Virus record (IMG/VR): IMGVR_UViG_3300027418_000012
Location: 1 to 54,995 of that record
DNA: 54,995 nt
Source: a virus
Lineage: Duplodnaviria > Caudoviricetes
Direction: 5' to 3' (one strand)
Shown here one piece after another: positions 44,493 through 54,995 of this stretch (positions within the stretch are counted from its first letter, which is position 1; each line of letters begins with the position of its first letter). The notes below the pieces were generated by a model. The model searched no databases, was not told the DNA's origin, and worked only from the letters and a program-made list of their open reading frames with translations. Position numbers and translations under genes: made by a program.

Positions 44493-47400
44493 TTAGTATC
44501 CTGCTTGTAGTTTAATATCCCAGTCTTTTCTAAAGTCATCATCATATGTAGCCATAAGTAACATTGCTTCTTTAGCTACAGGTACCATTCTATTAAAGTA
44601 TTTTAAAGGTTTTGCAGACTTAATTAACTCTTCATTTCCTGTAACTTGACCATAAGTCTCCTTACTTAAAGCTCCCATAAATCTATACATATCTTCAGCT
44701 AAACCAACTGCCGGAACAGGAGATTTAATTAACTTAGTAAATTCAGTAGGTAAGTAGTAAAATGCAAACTCATTATAATATTTTCTAAGGGCTCTAGCTA
44801 AGTATAACTTCATGCCCTTATTCTTTCTATCTTCATCATCTCCTGAAACAACTGACATAACAGCAACTGCAAAAGATGTAAGAACCATAACTTCTAGCAT
44901 CATAGATCTTAGATTACCTCTGTACATGTCTATGAACTCAGCCTCAGATATATTAAATTCCTGTCCTTTTTCAAGAGCATCACGTTTTAAGTTTTCAAAC
45001 TTTTCTCTACCCATCTTTACAACATCATCACCAAAACCAGTGATAATACCTTTAAGTAATGTAGGGATGTTCTTAAAAAAGATCTTACTAAAGAATACGT
45101 TAAACTTACCGTAGGTCCAAGTTTGTAATTCATCATCATACTGAAGACCTCCTAAACGCTCCTCAACCATCTCTGGTATCCAGTTTCTAAACTGCATTAA
45201 AGCAGAACCGTACACTGTGCTTCTAATACTATTGATATCATCTCTAGTTGAGTTACCTAGTATCTTTTTACTAACTCCTTTTATCTTACTTCTAAAGTCA
45301 GAAAAAGTATCAGACTCTTTATCAATCCCCGGAATAGAAAACTGACCATCTTTATCTAACTCACCTTTAACTAGTATACTTTCTTTATCCTGTAACTCAC
45401 CCACTTCTTTATCTATCTTAGCCATCAGAGCTTTTCTCTCTGAAGAAGATAAAGAGTAAAAGTTTTCATTATAGTTATACTTATCTTTTACAAACTTTTG
45501 TATACTAACAATCTGACCATCTACCACCATATGATCCATCATTATAGCAATTGCTACAGGGTATTGAACTCCTTTATCTGCTGCTCTTTGCATAGCATAG
45601 AAGTTATCTTTCTTTAATACAGCATTAGTAGCTGATAAAGATAGATCGTCTATCAATAGACTTTTATTACCTTCTTGTAAAATATTGAGGTATACTAAAG
45701 CTGCACGAGCTTTCTTACTCCCTCCTACAGCATGTATAGCTCTAGCCCAAGTTTTATTAGTAAAGAATATACCTTTCTGAGCAACGAACAAAGCATTACC
45801 TGTACCACCTACAAACTGAGCTGACGCTGAAATAGGGTTTAATGCTAATGTCTTTAAACTAAAGAAAGATATAGCTGACTGTACTGTCTTTAATAATGAG
45901 TATTCTTTGTTAATATTAAGTAATGGAATATTCACCTTAATCTTAGTGTCACTTCCTTTACCTTGAAGACTATCATAAATGTAATAATTAATAAAACCTT
46001 CTAATAAGTTAGCATTTCTATCATTATTTTTAACAGATTTAACCTTGCCATTTTCTAATACTATATTATTAAACGCATCAGTTACTAAACTCTTTTTACT
46101 TCTCTCAGCTTCCAATAACATAAGTGATTGATCTTCAATAGAATGCATAGCTTCATAGTTATACATATGAGCTGACCATACACCATACACTTTAAACAAG
46201 TCTCTTGACTTTTTAGAATAATCTGTCACACCAGTCTTTTCATCTGTTACTCCCATGTCTTTAGTAAAGTATACAGGAATACGATTAATAATACTACCAT
46301 CGGTTGGATCAACTTCTGGAGTGTATGCTGTACCTGAATCCACTTCTAAGCTTTCAAAGAATCCTTTAGTACTAAACAATCCTTTTACATCTCCAAATAC
46401 TAACTGATCTAATTTACCAGCATATGTAGAAGGTATAAACTTAGTTACATTTCTATCAATCATTCCTAGTTCTTCAGCATAGTTATTTAAAGACTGGAAG
46501 TAATCATACATCTCTTTTAACGGACCGTTAACGTAATTACCTGCAGCATCTTTTCTATTTAACTCTGCCCACTTTTCAGTGTACCATTGAGACTTAGGTT
46601 TAAGAAAGTTGTTATCTTTATTAATTAAAGCCTTAGTGTTAATTTTACCATCTTCTCTTATCACTTGGAAGTTACTCTTCCATTCAGCAATCTTTTTAGC
46701 AACCAGTGCTGCATTTTCTTGTTCATCTAAAGCATACTGTATAGATTTAAAAAACTCAATCTGTCTTTTTTCTGACGCAGCAAACTTAACATCATCAAAT
46801 TCTACGTTATCTACAAACCACTCAAAGTTACCATCTTCAATAGCTTTGTCTCTAGATTTATAAAACTCTGATTTATAAGTACTTACAAAGTTACCATTCC
46901 AGTTACCCTTGTCATTAATCTGAAGAATCATCTCCATAGCTTTATCAGTACTAATACCTTTTCCAGCTGCCCATTGTTTAAACTTCTTTTTAAGAGCTAG
47001 CAATTCACCAGCTGTCTTATCAAACTTAGCATCTCTTCTATTCTGAGCAATTCTTAATATCTTAGAGAAGATTCTAAAAGCCTTTTGAGGGATGTTAGAT
47101 AAAGAAGTTAACCATCCTCTTAATGTTCCCACTGCAGTCTCAGAATTAAGATAGTTAAATATACCATTGCTTTCAGCTAGTTTACTAGTTTGCTCATCAC
47201 GATAGTTTTTAATTGTATCAACTAACTTAGTAACCTTAGAAGTCATTTGTAAAAACTTTTCATTCACTTCTTTAAAGGCTGCCATCTCTTTAGCATTTCC
47301 TTTCTCTTTAACTACAGTGTAGTATTGATCACGTAAATCATATAATAGTACATTACTTTTACCAAACACCTCAAGAATCTTAATAGCTTCTTGAGTGTCT

Positions 47401-49415
47401 TTACCAGTCAGTGTTTTGTTTTCTAACATTTCACTGTACTTCTTATACTCTAATAATCCTAAGTCAACAAGTCTATTAACCTTACCCTTTAATTGTAAGT
47501 CACGAATAGCTATTCTAAGCTGACTAAGCTCCTCTCTCTTTTTATATAGCTCTTCTTTAGTATATCTAGTATTTTGAATCTTATCATAAATACCATTAAG
47601 CTGTTCTATAAGAGAATCCAATTGATCATCCCCTGTACTTTCTGTTCTAAGAACTACAGGTAATAAATAACTTTTCTCATCAGGAATTTTAGTAGGATCG
47701 GTATTACCTACTTCTATGCCTTTAATAGTTTCAATTCTTCCATCTCTAAAAGAGAAGGCTGTTCTAATAGGGATGGCACGAATCTTACCAAACTTACTAA
47801 ACCCGTATTGTAATTGTAAGATTTTACGATAGTTTTCTAACTGAATCCTATACATCTGCTCTTTATATGTCTTGATATCAGTCTGTTCTTTTCCAATCTC
47901 TTGGGACTTCCAGTCATAGATATCTACTAATCCATCTGCTTGTATTGCTAGCAAGTCAATACTACCAGCAATTTTAGTTTTCTGATCAAAGATTTTAACC
48001 TCAGTCATAAACACAGTGCTATTATCATACTGATTTAAAACTTCTTGTATATACTCATTCAATCCTTTATAGACAGCTTGATTCTTAATCTTAATATCTA
48101 TAGGTTTTTGACTAGGTCTTTTAGTACCATCCTCGTTTAACCAGCTATCAATTATATCTTTAATCTGCTCATGGATAATATCTCCATATTCAGCTTTAGC
48201 TAAGTCAATAAGCTTTTGTTTATCACTTCTTTGGTCAGATCTAAATATCTTCTTAAGCCACTTATCTACATAAAAAGATGTAACAGATCCTTTACCTTCT
48301 ACACCTTTATACCTATAAATGTGTCTCTTCTGGCCAGTTCTGTTATCAATACTGTTATCAAGATCAATGTTATCTTGATCTAATCTTAATCCTTGTACAG
48401 GATCTACTAAGTGATAATACTCTTCATCAATTAAACCTTCATCAGTTAATTGAGCAGTTTCACCATCAATGATCTGCTGAGCTGCATCCTCAAAAGGATT
48501 CTCATCAGCTTGATTAAATATAGAAGTGACATACTCCCATAATCTATTAAACCAATTAATTAGAGATCCTAATTTCTCATCAGTTTCTTCTAAAGCTTGA
48601 TTCTTAACTATATGTTCAGCTATCACTCTACCAATAGCTTCTTTTTTTATCTTATCAAAATTAATAGATCCATCTTCATTACGAAAAGCTTTTTTATTCT
48701 TATACTGATTAACTGTAGTGGTATACACCTTATACCCAGTTATCTTATTGTACATCTCTTTATATAAAGGATGTCCAGGTCCTAGCATTTCTACAAAGAA
48801 GTGAGCTGCCTCTTCAGGTAATACATCTAAAGAAGCTTTGTTTTCTACCACCTCAATAATCTTATTAAGCATGCTAGCTTTAGCTGCAGCATTAATTATA
48901 TTTCCCTCTGAATCACGTATCTCATTTACAGACTGAATAGATACACCTATTTTTTCTAAGAAACGTATAACTGCTTTATTATCAGACTCTTTAGGTTTAG
49001 CAGCCACCTGTGGTTCATTCACAGGCATTGGCTCCTCCATTTCTTCTACATCCTCTCGTTCTATAACAGGAGTCATCTCATCATTAAGTAGCTGATAGTA
49101 TGCTGATGCATCTGAATCTTTATGATACTCATTATGTAACTCTTGAAGTTCATCAAAAAACTCATCATTTATTATAGCATAGGCATTTCCTTGCCTAAAG
49201 TTCTCTCTATTACCTGTAGGATATAGTATAGGTATCTGTTTAATATCCACTGTAAATAACTTATCAGTATTTGTAACACCGTACTTATCCTTAGCTATTT
49301 TAGAATACTTATCATTATATAATCCAAATTCCATGCTGATGATTTTCATGTTATCATCAACAAGTCCTTTCTTTTTAAGATTATCAATTGTGTTCTGTCT
49401 TACGTTACAAACCAT
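44493..49415 (-). CDS. Giant virion/ejected protein (1640 aa) with PD-(D/E)XK nuclease-like domain
   Basis: G.IIH...E...AGSIDLL...IYDWKS...Y.IQL..Y motif; degenerate zincin-like EEAAH; adjacent to the RNAP gene as in crAss-like phages. Confidence 0.7.
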   Translation of the reverse strand: MVCNVRQNTIDNLKKKGLVDDNMKIISMEFGLYNDKYSKIAKDKYGVTNTDKLFTVDIKQIPILYPTGNRENFRQGNAYAIINDEFFDELQELHNEYHKDSDASAYYQLLNDEMTPVIEREDVEEMEEPMPVNEPQVAAKPKESDNKAVIRFLEKIGVSIQSVNEIRDSEGNIINAAAKASMLNKIIEVVENKASLDVLPEEAAHFFVEMLGPGHPLYKEMYNKITGYKVYTTTVNQYKNKKAFRNEDGSINFDKIKKEAIGRVIAEHIVKNQALEETDEKLGSLINWFNRLWEYVTSIFNQADENPFEDAAQQIIDGETAQLTDEGLIDEEYYHLVDPVQGLRLDQDNIDLDNSIDNRTGQKRHIYRYKGVEGKGSVTSFYVDKWLKKIFRSDQRSDKQKLIDLAKAEYGDIIHEQIKDIIDSWLNEDGTKRPSQKPIDIKIKNQAVYKGLNEYIQEVLNQYDNSTVFMTEVKIFDQKTKIAGSIDLLAIQADGLVDIYDWKSQEIGKEQTDIKTYKEQMYRIQLENYRKILQLQYGFSKFGKIRAIPIRTAFSFRDGRIETIKGIEVGNTDPTKIPDEKSYLLPVVLRTESTGDDQLDSLIEQLNGIYDKIQNTRYTKEELYKKREELSQLRIAIRDLQLKGKVNRLVDLGLLEYKKYSEMLENKTLTGKDTQEAIKILEVFGKSNVLLYDLRDQYYTVVKEKGNAKEMAAFKEVNEKFLQMTSKVTKLVDTIKNYRDEQTSKLAESNGIFNYLNSETAVGTLRGWLTSLSNIPQKAFRIFSKILRIAQNRRDAKFDKTAGELLALKKKFKQWAAGKGISTDKAMEMILQINDKGNWNGNFVSTYKSEFYKSRDKAIEDGNFEWFVDNVEFDDVKFAASEKRQIEFFKSIQYALDEQENAALVAKKIAEWKSNFQVIREDGKINTKALINKDNNFLKPKSQWYTEKWAELNRKDAAGNYVNGPLKEMYDYFQSLNNYAEELGMIDRNVTKFIPSTYAGKLDQLVFGDVKGLFSTKGFFESLEVDSGTAYTPEVDPTDGSIINRIPVYFTKDMGVTDEKTGVTDYSKKSRDLFKVYGVWSAHMYNYEAMHSIEDQSLMLLEAERSKKSLVTDAFNNIVLENGKVKSVKNNDRNANLLEGFINYYIYDSLQGKGSDTKIKVNIPLLNINKEYSLLKTVQSAISFFSLKTLALNPISASAQFVGGTGNALFVAQKGIFFTNKTWARAIHAVGGSKKARAALVYLNILQEGNKSLLIDDLSLSATNAVLKKDNFYAMQRAADKGVQYPVAIAIMMDHMVVDGQIVSIQKFVKDKYNYNENFYSLSSSERKALMAKIDKEVGELQDKESILVKGELDKDGQFSIPGIDKESDTFSDFRSKIKGVSKKILGNSTRDDINSIRSTVYGSALMQFRNWIPEMVEERLGGLQYDDELQTWTYGKFNVFFSKIFFKNIPTLLKGIITGFGDDVVKMGREKFENLKRDALEKGQEFNISEAEFIDMYRGNLRSMMLEVMVLTSFAVAVMSVVSGDDEDRKNKGMKLYLARALRKYYNEFAFYYLPTEFTKLIKSPVPAVGLAEDMYRFMGALSKETYGQVTGNEELIKSAKPLKYFNRMVPVAKEAMLLMATYDDDFRKDWDIKLQAGY

Positions 49416-49427
49416 TGTTTAAATATT

Positions 49428-52400
49428 TTAGCAAGTAAATGGATCTTTTTCATCTAGGTCCTCATTATTATCTATCTGATCTGTTAAATCTTTATCCTTT
49501 TTAGTAGGAGTATTTTTTTCTTTAAACATATCAGGGAATAATTCTCTAGCACTTACATAGCCACCCATCATCAATTTAGTACTAACATCAGCTTCTTTAC
49601 TGCTGTTGTTCTCTAAAATTGACTCTTGATTAGGATCAGTATACAATTCTAGCATCTTATTTCCATTACCTAATTTACTTATAGGTAAGTATAAAGTGTT
49701 TCCTTTCTTATCTTTTAAATCAGACTTTTGGAAAAGAACTGGTTCAAAAGCCTTAAACACTGTTTTATTCTTCTTCATCTCTCTATACTCTTCCTTACTC
49801 ACCTTAGGATTCTTAATATATTTTACATAGAAGTCATGCACAATTGCAGAACTTTCAGGATTAATACTAAGACTTCCGCCTCTCACCTTTAACCAGTAAG
49901 GAGCTTTTGGAACAATACTTCTATTAGTCCAGTTGTTCTGATGGAAAGTTCTCCAAACTTGCTCTGTGTCAATTTTAGGATCAGCTTTGAATTTATCTAG
50001 AATAGTCTTAACTAGCTCAGAGTAAATTTCAGTACTTAATATCTTTTTAAAATCAACAAAACTAGATTGTAAACCTGATTGCAAGATACTAAATTTGGCT
50101 AAATTATCTGTAAAAGTAAGCAAATCATTATCTGCAGTTTCCTGAGCATACTCCTTTAAGTTATTTAAAGCTTCAATTACATTGTTAATTTGGAATGTAT
50201 CCATTCTATTTCTAAACAACATGATGTTATCAGTCTTGGTAGCATCGTCAGTCATTAACGGAAGTAGTTCCTTAATAACTAAGTTATCTGAAATATTAGG
50301 GTCTATAGAGTTTTTATAGTCATAAAGCTTTTTAGCCATGGTACCACCACTTGTAAAGAAGTCCTTATACAAGCTGTTCATCACCTTAGTCTTACCATCA
50401 TTATCTACGAAAGGTGTAGTATGTAATACATAACCAATAACATGATTCTGATACCTATTAATTAGATTAGTAACATCATCCTTTGTAAAAAAATACTCTG
50501 GGTCATCAATCTTACTATACAATGGTTGGAACACCTCTTGTAATTCAGGGCTTAAAGTGATAAAGAAGTTCTTAAACATATTAAATATATCTTCCTTTTG
50601 AGCTTTCATCTCACCTAGGAATGTATTATCTAATACTGATTCTGGATTATTAACAAACTCTTCAGAAGCCGATCTTTCCCATCTAGCTATCTGTAACATA
50701 TTTTCTTGAGTGGTACGAGTCTTATTGGTATCGTAGCTAGTAGCCTGCATAAAGTTACTTAAGAATCTAGATTGAGATTCATATTGTAAGTAGTTCATTA
50801 GTACAGAGATTTGTAATGCTGCATCTGCTCTATCACCATTAGAAACACCTTGCTTAAGTTCAGATAAGCTATAAGACCCTTTGCTTTGATCCACCTCATT
50901 AAGCTGCTTAAGAATGCTAGCTTTCATAGCTGATTGTACACCAGCTGGGGAATCTTCTACAGAAGCTAATTTAGCTTTTAAATTACCACCAGTTAATCTA
51001 TCATAATACGGAGCTATCACTTTGTAAAATAAGTCTTGTCTAATTAACTCTTCACCGTTAATCTTCTTAAAGTTAGATTTGTTCTTACCTAGCTCTGTAA
51101 AATAACTATCTAATATAGGTTGGTTAAAGAAATATGCAAGCTCATTTACAGGTACACCATGATGTTGTAAATAAAACCATGTACCTGCAGTGTTTAAAGA
51201 GAAGTTTAAGTCAAATACAAACGGATTCTTAGCCCCGTCCACAAATCCAGATAGAGCTTCTGACATTAAATCAGATATAGTGTCTCCATTTACATCTGTA
51301 ATGTGACCTATGTTGTATAAGTTATCCTCTGTTTTAGGATGATGACTCAGTTTAATATTAATACTTCTTTGAGTCTCATCTTTGCCAGCTAAGTATTTAA
51401 TACCGCTAGTCTTAAACACTGAATTAAGTTTCAATCCGCTCACCTGAGCTATAGCATGTAAAGTGGAATGTAATGCTGCAATACCTACCATTCTCTTAGC
51501 AGTTAAGTATCTCTCTCTAGTAGTAGCAGATCCTACAAAGGTTCTTAAATAAGTAGGAGACTTCTCGTCTTCTTCTAATTTAGTACCTGCAGCCACCTTA
51601 GCTTTCTTAATAGTTTCAGCCAACACTTCTAAGTTCTCTGTAGTGTTAGGAACAACTAGTTGTGAGTAGTTTTCAGGACGTAGGATAAGCTCAGACATAA
51701 CATTGATAAGCTTATTCTGTAAACCTTCTTTGTCTACATCATTAGCAGGAGTATATATTAAAGATTTCTTTCCTCTATACTGAGCATTATAACGACTTAA
51801 TCCTTGTTTAAAGAACGCAAAGTCTTCTTGAGTTTTCTTGTCTTTAGCTATATCACTCAAAGAAGTCAGAGCTCCTTTAGATAATCTACCCTCATCTGTG
51901 TAAGTAGATCTATTAATCTCTTTAATTTGAGTACTACTTAAAGAATTTAATAAGTCATTAGCATACCTCTCATCTTTACCACGAGCTACCATATCAGCAA
52001 TCATGAAGTCTTTAAACTTCTTACTACTATAGTCAGCTACTACTACAGAAGAATTAGGTAAGTAGATGTTTAATTTATCTATATCAAAGTCAGATCCGGC
52101 TTTACCTACAATCTCAGATGGAACCACAATCATGTCTCCATTTGTAGAAGGAGTAAATCCTTTTATTACAATAGCTTCAATTGAGTTAGGAGCCTGTGTA
52201 GGAATACGGAATCCAATACCTTTTAATAACTGAGAATCTATATTACCATTAACTTTATAAACACCATTTTCTAAAACCATTCCTAATTCCTCAGGAGTAA
52301 CTTCTTTAAATGGCCAGCTAATATACACTTCCATACCTGCAATCTTTCCGTTTTCATTACGGTAGAATTTAAGATCTGAAGACTGCATACGAACACTAGC

Positions 52401-54995
52401 TTTTTCATCTTTACTTAACGTAAGTATAGCTTCCTTAGTTAATTTAACATACTTACCATCTTTTAGATATGCGTAGTCTCTTGGGTTCCTCTCATAAAGT
52501 GTGCTTGCTACTTGTACTGAAGCTTTACCGCTCATCTTCTCAGATATAACACGAGAGTCAACAATAGAGTTTAAGATGTTATCTATCTTGTCTTTATTGA
52601 TAAGAGTATCAAATGGATACTGCAATTCTTGTGTATCATCTTGGTTAATGATATAGTTAATAGCATTAACTATGTTCTCTGGTAAGTTTCTTTTCTCAGC
52701 CTCAGCCTTTAGTGTACGTACTAATTTAGAAAGATCTTTTACAACGTATTGATTATCAACCTTTTCTAATCCTAATTCTCCAAGTAGGGATTGTTTACCC
52801 AACTTAATCATCTTAGTAATAATATCATTATATTCAGCTATAAGCTTGCCTATCTCTTCGTTGATAGGAGCACCATTACTAAAGAAGTTAGTCATAACAA
52901 TCTTACTAACCTGAGTACCACGAACTACATACTGCTTTGGTTTACTAGACTGCTCCACTTGAATACCATAGAACTTACTATACAACTCTTGACGTGGTAA
53001 AGACTCTGGTAAAGTGTATTTATTATTTACAACTTGTACATTAGCACTTCCGTCTTCAGAATAGATAGATAAGAATTCATTATCTTCTGTAGTTACATTA
53101 CCCACCTTTTGACCTGATTCAAAACCAATAACATCTACTTGCTCATTTTGAGCAGCTAAATATAATGATTCAAATTGTGTACCTTCTATGTGACGGTAAA
53201 ACTTGGGTTGCAACGAGTGCTTTAAAAATACAGGATGAGTTAGATTATCAGTCTTAGCATATCCAAAGTATTGAGGCTTAAGAACTTGGAATATAAATCC
53301 AGGATCTCCTTTCTCATATATTTCTTTAGAAGATTCAATCTCAGCTTTTGTATAAGTTTTATATTCAGGACTTGACTTACCCACCTTAGTACCATTTGCT
53401 TTCTTAATAGAACCAGAGCGTACTAATTTCTCATAAGCCATTTCATAATTCCATTGTACTTCAGCTTGGTTGTTAAACTTACCACTCATGAATAAGATGT
53501 CTCTGATAGCATCAGGTAAACCCATTGCCATAGCATCTGCTTCTACTAAGTTCATATAAGCTTTAACACTACCTGTAAACTTACCACTCTTCATAATGAA
53601 TCCTGTAAGTTGACCTTGATCATCAAAACGTGCACCAATCTTAGACTCAGCTTTTTCTTTAGTTAAGTTGTTCTGAATCAATTGAGCGTATGTATTTTCT
53701 ACAATGTCTTTATGGAAAAGACTAGCTACGTTCATATCTTTAAATGATATGTTCTTTATAGTCTGATGTACATCTTTAGCACGCTGCTTACCATCATTAC
53801 GTACCATATTGTTATCCATCCATGCTACTACATCAGTATCTTCTACTAATGCCTCCTTGTTAGAAGTGGCACCGTTAGCACGCTTAGGTAAGTCTTTGTA
53901 CATAGCCGGGTGACCATATATAACTTTATGTTGCTCAGTTAGCAAGATCTCTTTATTGATAGCAAGGATACCAGCAAGATTGTTAATGTCATCTTCTGTG
54001 TAACCACTACGCTCTAGATTCTCAGAATCTTTTCCTAATGTTCTATATCTAATGTTTTGAGTCTCACCCAATCCTAAAATAGTATTAAGTGTATCATTAT
54101 CAATAGCATCTGTAATATATAATTCACTAGAGAAAGCTGCAGGCTTTACAAACAAGTCTTGACTCTTTAAAAACTCTGCAGTTTCTGCTATCTTATCATT
54201 TAGATAGTTCTTAATCTTAGTTTTTATCTTAGCATCATTAGCTTCAACAAACTCTTCAAAGTTTTCATATTTAGGTTCTTCAGAAAGAACATCTGATTTA
54301 AACTTGTTAATCAAGTCTTTACCTAAGATATCTCTAAAGTGCCCAAGATTGTACACCCCGGTATTCTCATCTTGATAGTACTGAATGTTTATAGGATCTT
54401 GAGATTGTATTACAGCTGCAGACATTTCATCAGCCAATTGAGCCATATACTTGTCAATGATTGCAGTGTCATTAAACTCCTGCATATCACGCACATCTTT
54501 AGAATTCACTATTAACTTACCAGGAATGCTAATACCATATTCAGTGCTCTTATCAGAGTTAATATTAGAGAACACTATGTTCTGTAATAGGTAATGAATC
54601 TCATTAGCTACTCTCTCAGGGAATTGAAGCTTAGCTGTATTAGCACCGTCTACATCACTGATACCTGTACCAGAAATAACATGGTACTTAAGGTTTGTAT
54701 TTCTTTTACGTCTACCCGCTTTGTCAAACAGAATACCTCCAGCCTTTAAAAGCTCAGAGTTAGTTTGATATGCATTAAGAACTACGTTGTCATCTTCATC
54801 AATAAAGCCTAACCAAGGACATGTTTGCACAAGTTCCTTTTGAGACTTAACTGTATTTAAAGTGTTAATAGTATTACTTAACAATGAAGGGATATTAACA
54901 GAATACTGTGTTTCTCCCTCAGCATTTAAATAACTAAGAACATTATCTTCACTATTAAACTTAGATTCTATACTAATAAGTGTACTAAGTCTACC
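49428..54995 (-). CDS. Virion-associated RNA polymerase, crAss-like (5'-truncated by window edge)
   Basis: GFRIPTQ...AGSDFDIDKL catalytic motif (~52078-52092), LKHS and FESGQKVG. The frame stays open from 54884 to the window end. Confidence 0.88.
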   Translation of the reverse strand, partial: GRLSTLISIESKFNSEDNVLSYLNAEGETQYSVNIPSLLSNTINTLNTVKSQKELVQTCPWLGFIDEDDNVVLNAYQTNSELLKAGGILFDKAGRRKRNTNLKYHVISGTGISDVDGANTAKLQFPERVANEIHYLLQNIVFSNINSDKSTEYGISIPGKLIVNSKDVRDMQEFNDTAIIDKYMAQLADEMSAAVIQSQDPINIQYYQDENTGVYNLGHFRDILGKDLINKFKSDVLSEEPKYENFEEFVEANDAKIKTKIKNYLNDKIAETAEFLKSQDLFVKPAAFSSELYITDAIDNDTLNTILGLGETQNIRYRTLGKDSENLERSGYTEDDINNLAGILAINKEILLTEQHKVIYGHPAMYKDLPKRANGATSNKEALVEDTDVVAWMDNNMVRNDGKQRAKDVHQTIKNISFKDMNVASLFHKDIVENTYAQLIQNNLTKEKAESKIGARFDDQGQLTGFIMKSGKFTGSVKAYMNLVEADAMAMGLPDAIRDILFMSGKFNNQAEVQWNYEMAYEKLVRSGSIKKANGTKVGKSSPEYKTYTKAEIESSKEIYEKGDPGFIFQVLKPQYFGYAKTDNLTHPVFLKHSLQPKFYRHIEGTQFESLYLAAQNEQVDVIGFESGQKVGNVTTEDNEFLSIYSEDGSANVQVVNNKYTLPESLPRQELYSKFYGIQVEQSSKPKQYVVRGTQVSKIVMTNFFSNGAPINEEIGKLIAEYNDIITKMIKLGKQSLLGELGLEKVDNQYVVKDLSKLVRTLKAEAEKRNLPENIVNAINYIINQDDTQELQYPFDTLINKDKIDNILNSIVDSRVISEKMSGKASVQVASTLYERNPRDYAYLKDGKYVKLTKEAILTLSKDEKASVRMQSSDLKFYRNENGKIAGMEVYISWPFKEVTPEELGMVLENGVYKVNGNIDSQLLKGIGFRIPTQAPNSIEAIVIKGFTPSTNGDMIVVPSEIVGKAGSDFDIDKLNIYLPNSSVVVADYSSKKFKDFMIADMVARGKDERYANDLLNSLSSTQIKEINRSTYTDEGRLSKGALTSLSDIAKDKKTQEDFAFFKQGLSRYNAQYRGKKSLIYTPANDVDKEGLQNKLINVMSELILRPENYSQLVVPNTTENLEVLAETIKKAKVAAGTKLEEDEKSPTYLRTFVGSATTRERYLTAKRMVGIAALHSTLHAIAQVSGLKLNSVFKTSGIKYLAGKDETQRSINIKLSHHPKTEDNLYNIGHITDVNGDTISDLMSEALSGFVDGAKNPFVFDLNFSLNTAGTWFYLQHHGVPVNELAYFFNQPILDSYFTELGKNKSNFKKINGEELIRQDLFYKVIAPYYDRLTGGNLKAKLASVEDSPAGVQSAMKASILKQLNEVDQSKGSYSLSELKQGVSNGDRADAALQISVLMNYLQYESQSRFLSNFMQATSYDTNKTRTTQENMLQIARWERSASEEFVNNPESVLDNTFLGEMKAQKEDIFNMFKNFFITLSPELQEVFQPLYSKIDDPEYFFTKDDVTNLINRYQNHVIGYVLHTTPFVDNDGKTKVMNSLYKDFFTSGGTMAKKLYDYKNSIDPNISDNLVIKELLPLMTDDATKTDNIMLFRNRMDTFQINNVIEALNNLKEYAQETADNDLLTFTDNLAKFSILQSGLQSSFVDFKKILSTEIYSELVKTILDKFKADPKIDTEQVWRTFHQNNWTNRSIVPKAPYWLKVRGGSLSINPESSAIVHDFYVKYIKNPKVSKEEYREMKKNKTVFKAFEPVLFQKSDLKDKKGNTLYLPISKLGNGNKMLELYTDPNQESILENNSSKEADVSTKLMMGGYVSARELFPDMFKEKNTPTKKDKDLTDQIDNNEDLDEKDPFTC

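Noticed and set aside
120-53000. Short antisense or nested ORFs in the track (e.g. 120..335, 3372..3644, 15362..15721, 25333..25539, 44812..45114, 46609..46863, 52791..53000)
   Set aside because: They lie within longer or motif-bearing genes on the other strand or frame, and show no independent signals.
1-54995. Stop-codon reassignment (TAG/TGA), known in some crAss-like phages
   Set aside because: Long genes are uninterrupted in the standard code, and TAG/TGA end many genes at sensible boundaries.

Overview
This is a 55-kb fragment of an AT-rich, crAss-like (Crassvirales-related) phage genome. The host is probably Bacteroidota, based on TAnnTTTG promoters, AT-rich leaders without Shine-Dalgarno sites, and signal peptides followed by Gln. 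Layout: (1) 1-7.5 kb is a putative early region of small ORFs separated by dense structured non-coding DNA. It holds a canonical pistol self-cleaving ribozyme (1100-1163), an apparent P1-less pistol variant (612-772), several unexplained multi-stem RNAs, and a tmRNA (7059-7482) with an unusually long 27-aa tag. (2) 7.5-17.8 kb (+ strand) holds hypothetical genes, a nuclease, an SF2 helicase, a NinB-like gene, uracil-DNA glycosylase and a MoxR/RavA-VWA pair. (3) 17.8-27.5 kb (- strand) holds a lysis cassette (holin, spanin-like, GH19 endolysin), then a nine-gene exported/envelope module with two CsgG-like proteins, two putative beta-barrel outer-membrane proteins, a cohesin/dockerin-like protein, a lipoprotein and membrane proteins. 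(4) 27.6-44.5 kb (+ strand) is the replication module: DnaA-domain-IV protein, DnaB, AAA_24, primase, HNH, PD-(D/E)XK exonuclease, family B polymerase, dNMP kinase, metallophosphoesterase, thioredoxin and a cyclic-phosphate-processing receiver domain. (5) 44.5-55 kb (- strand) holds two giant virion-type proteins, including a 5'-truncated DFDID-motif RNA polymerase. The best candidates for undescribed systems are the ribozyme/ncRNA-rich early region and the phage-encoded CsgG/beta-barrel/cohesin surface module. All calls are by eye from motifs and base-pairing; no database searches were run.
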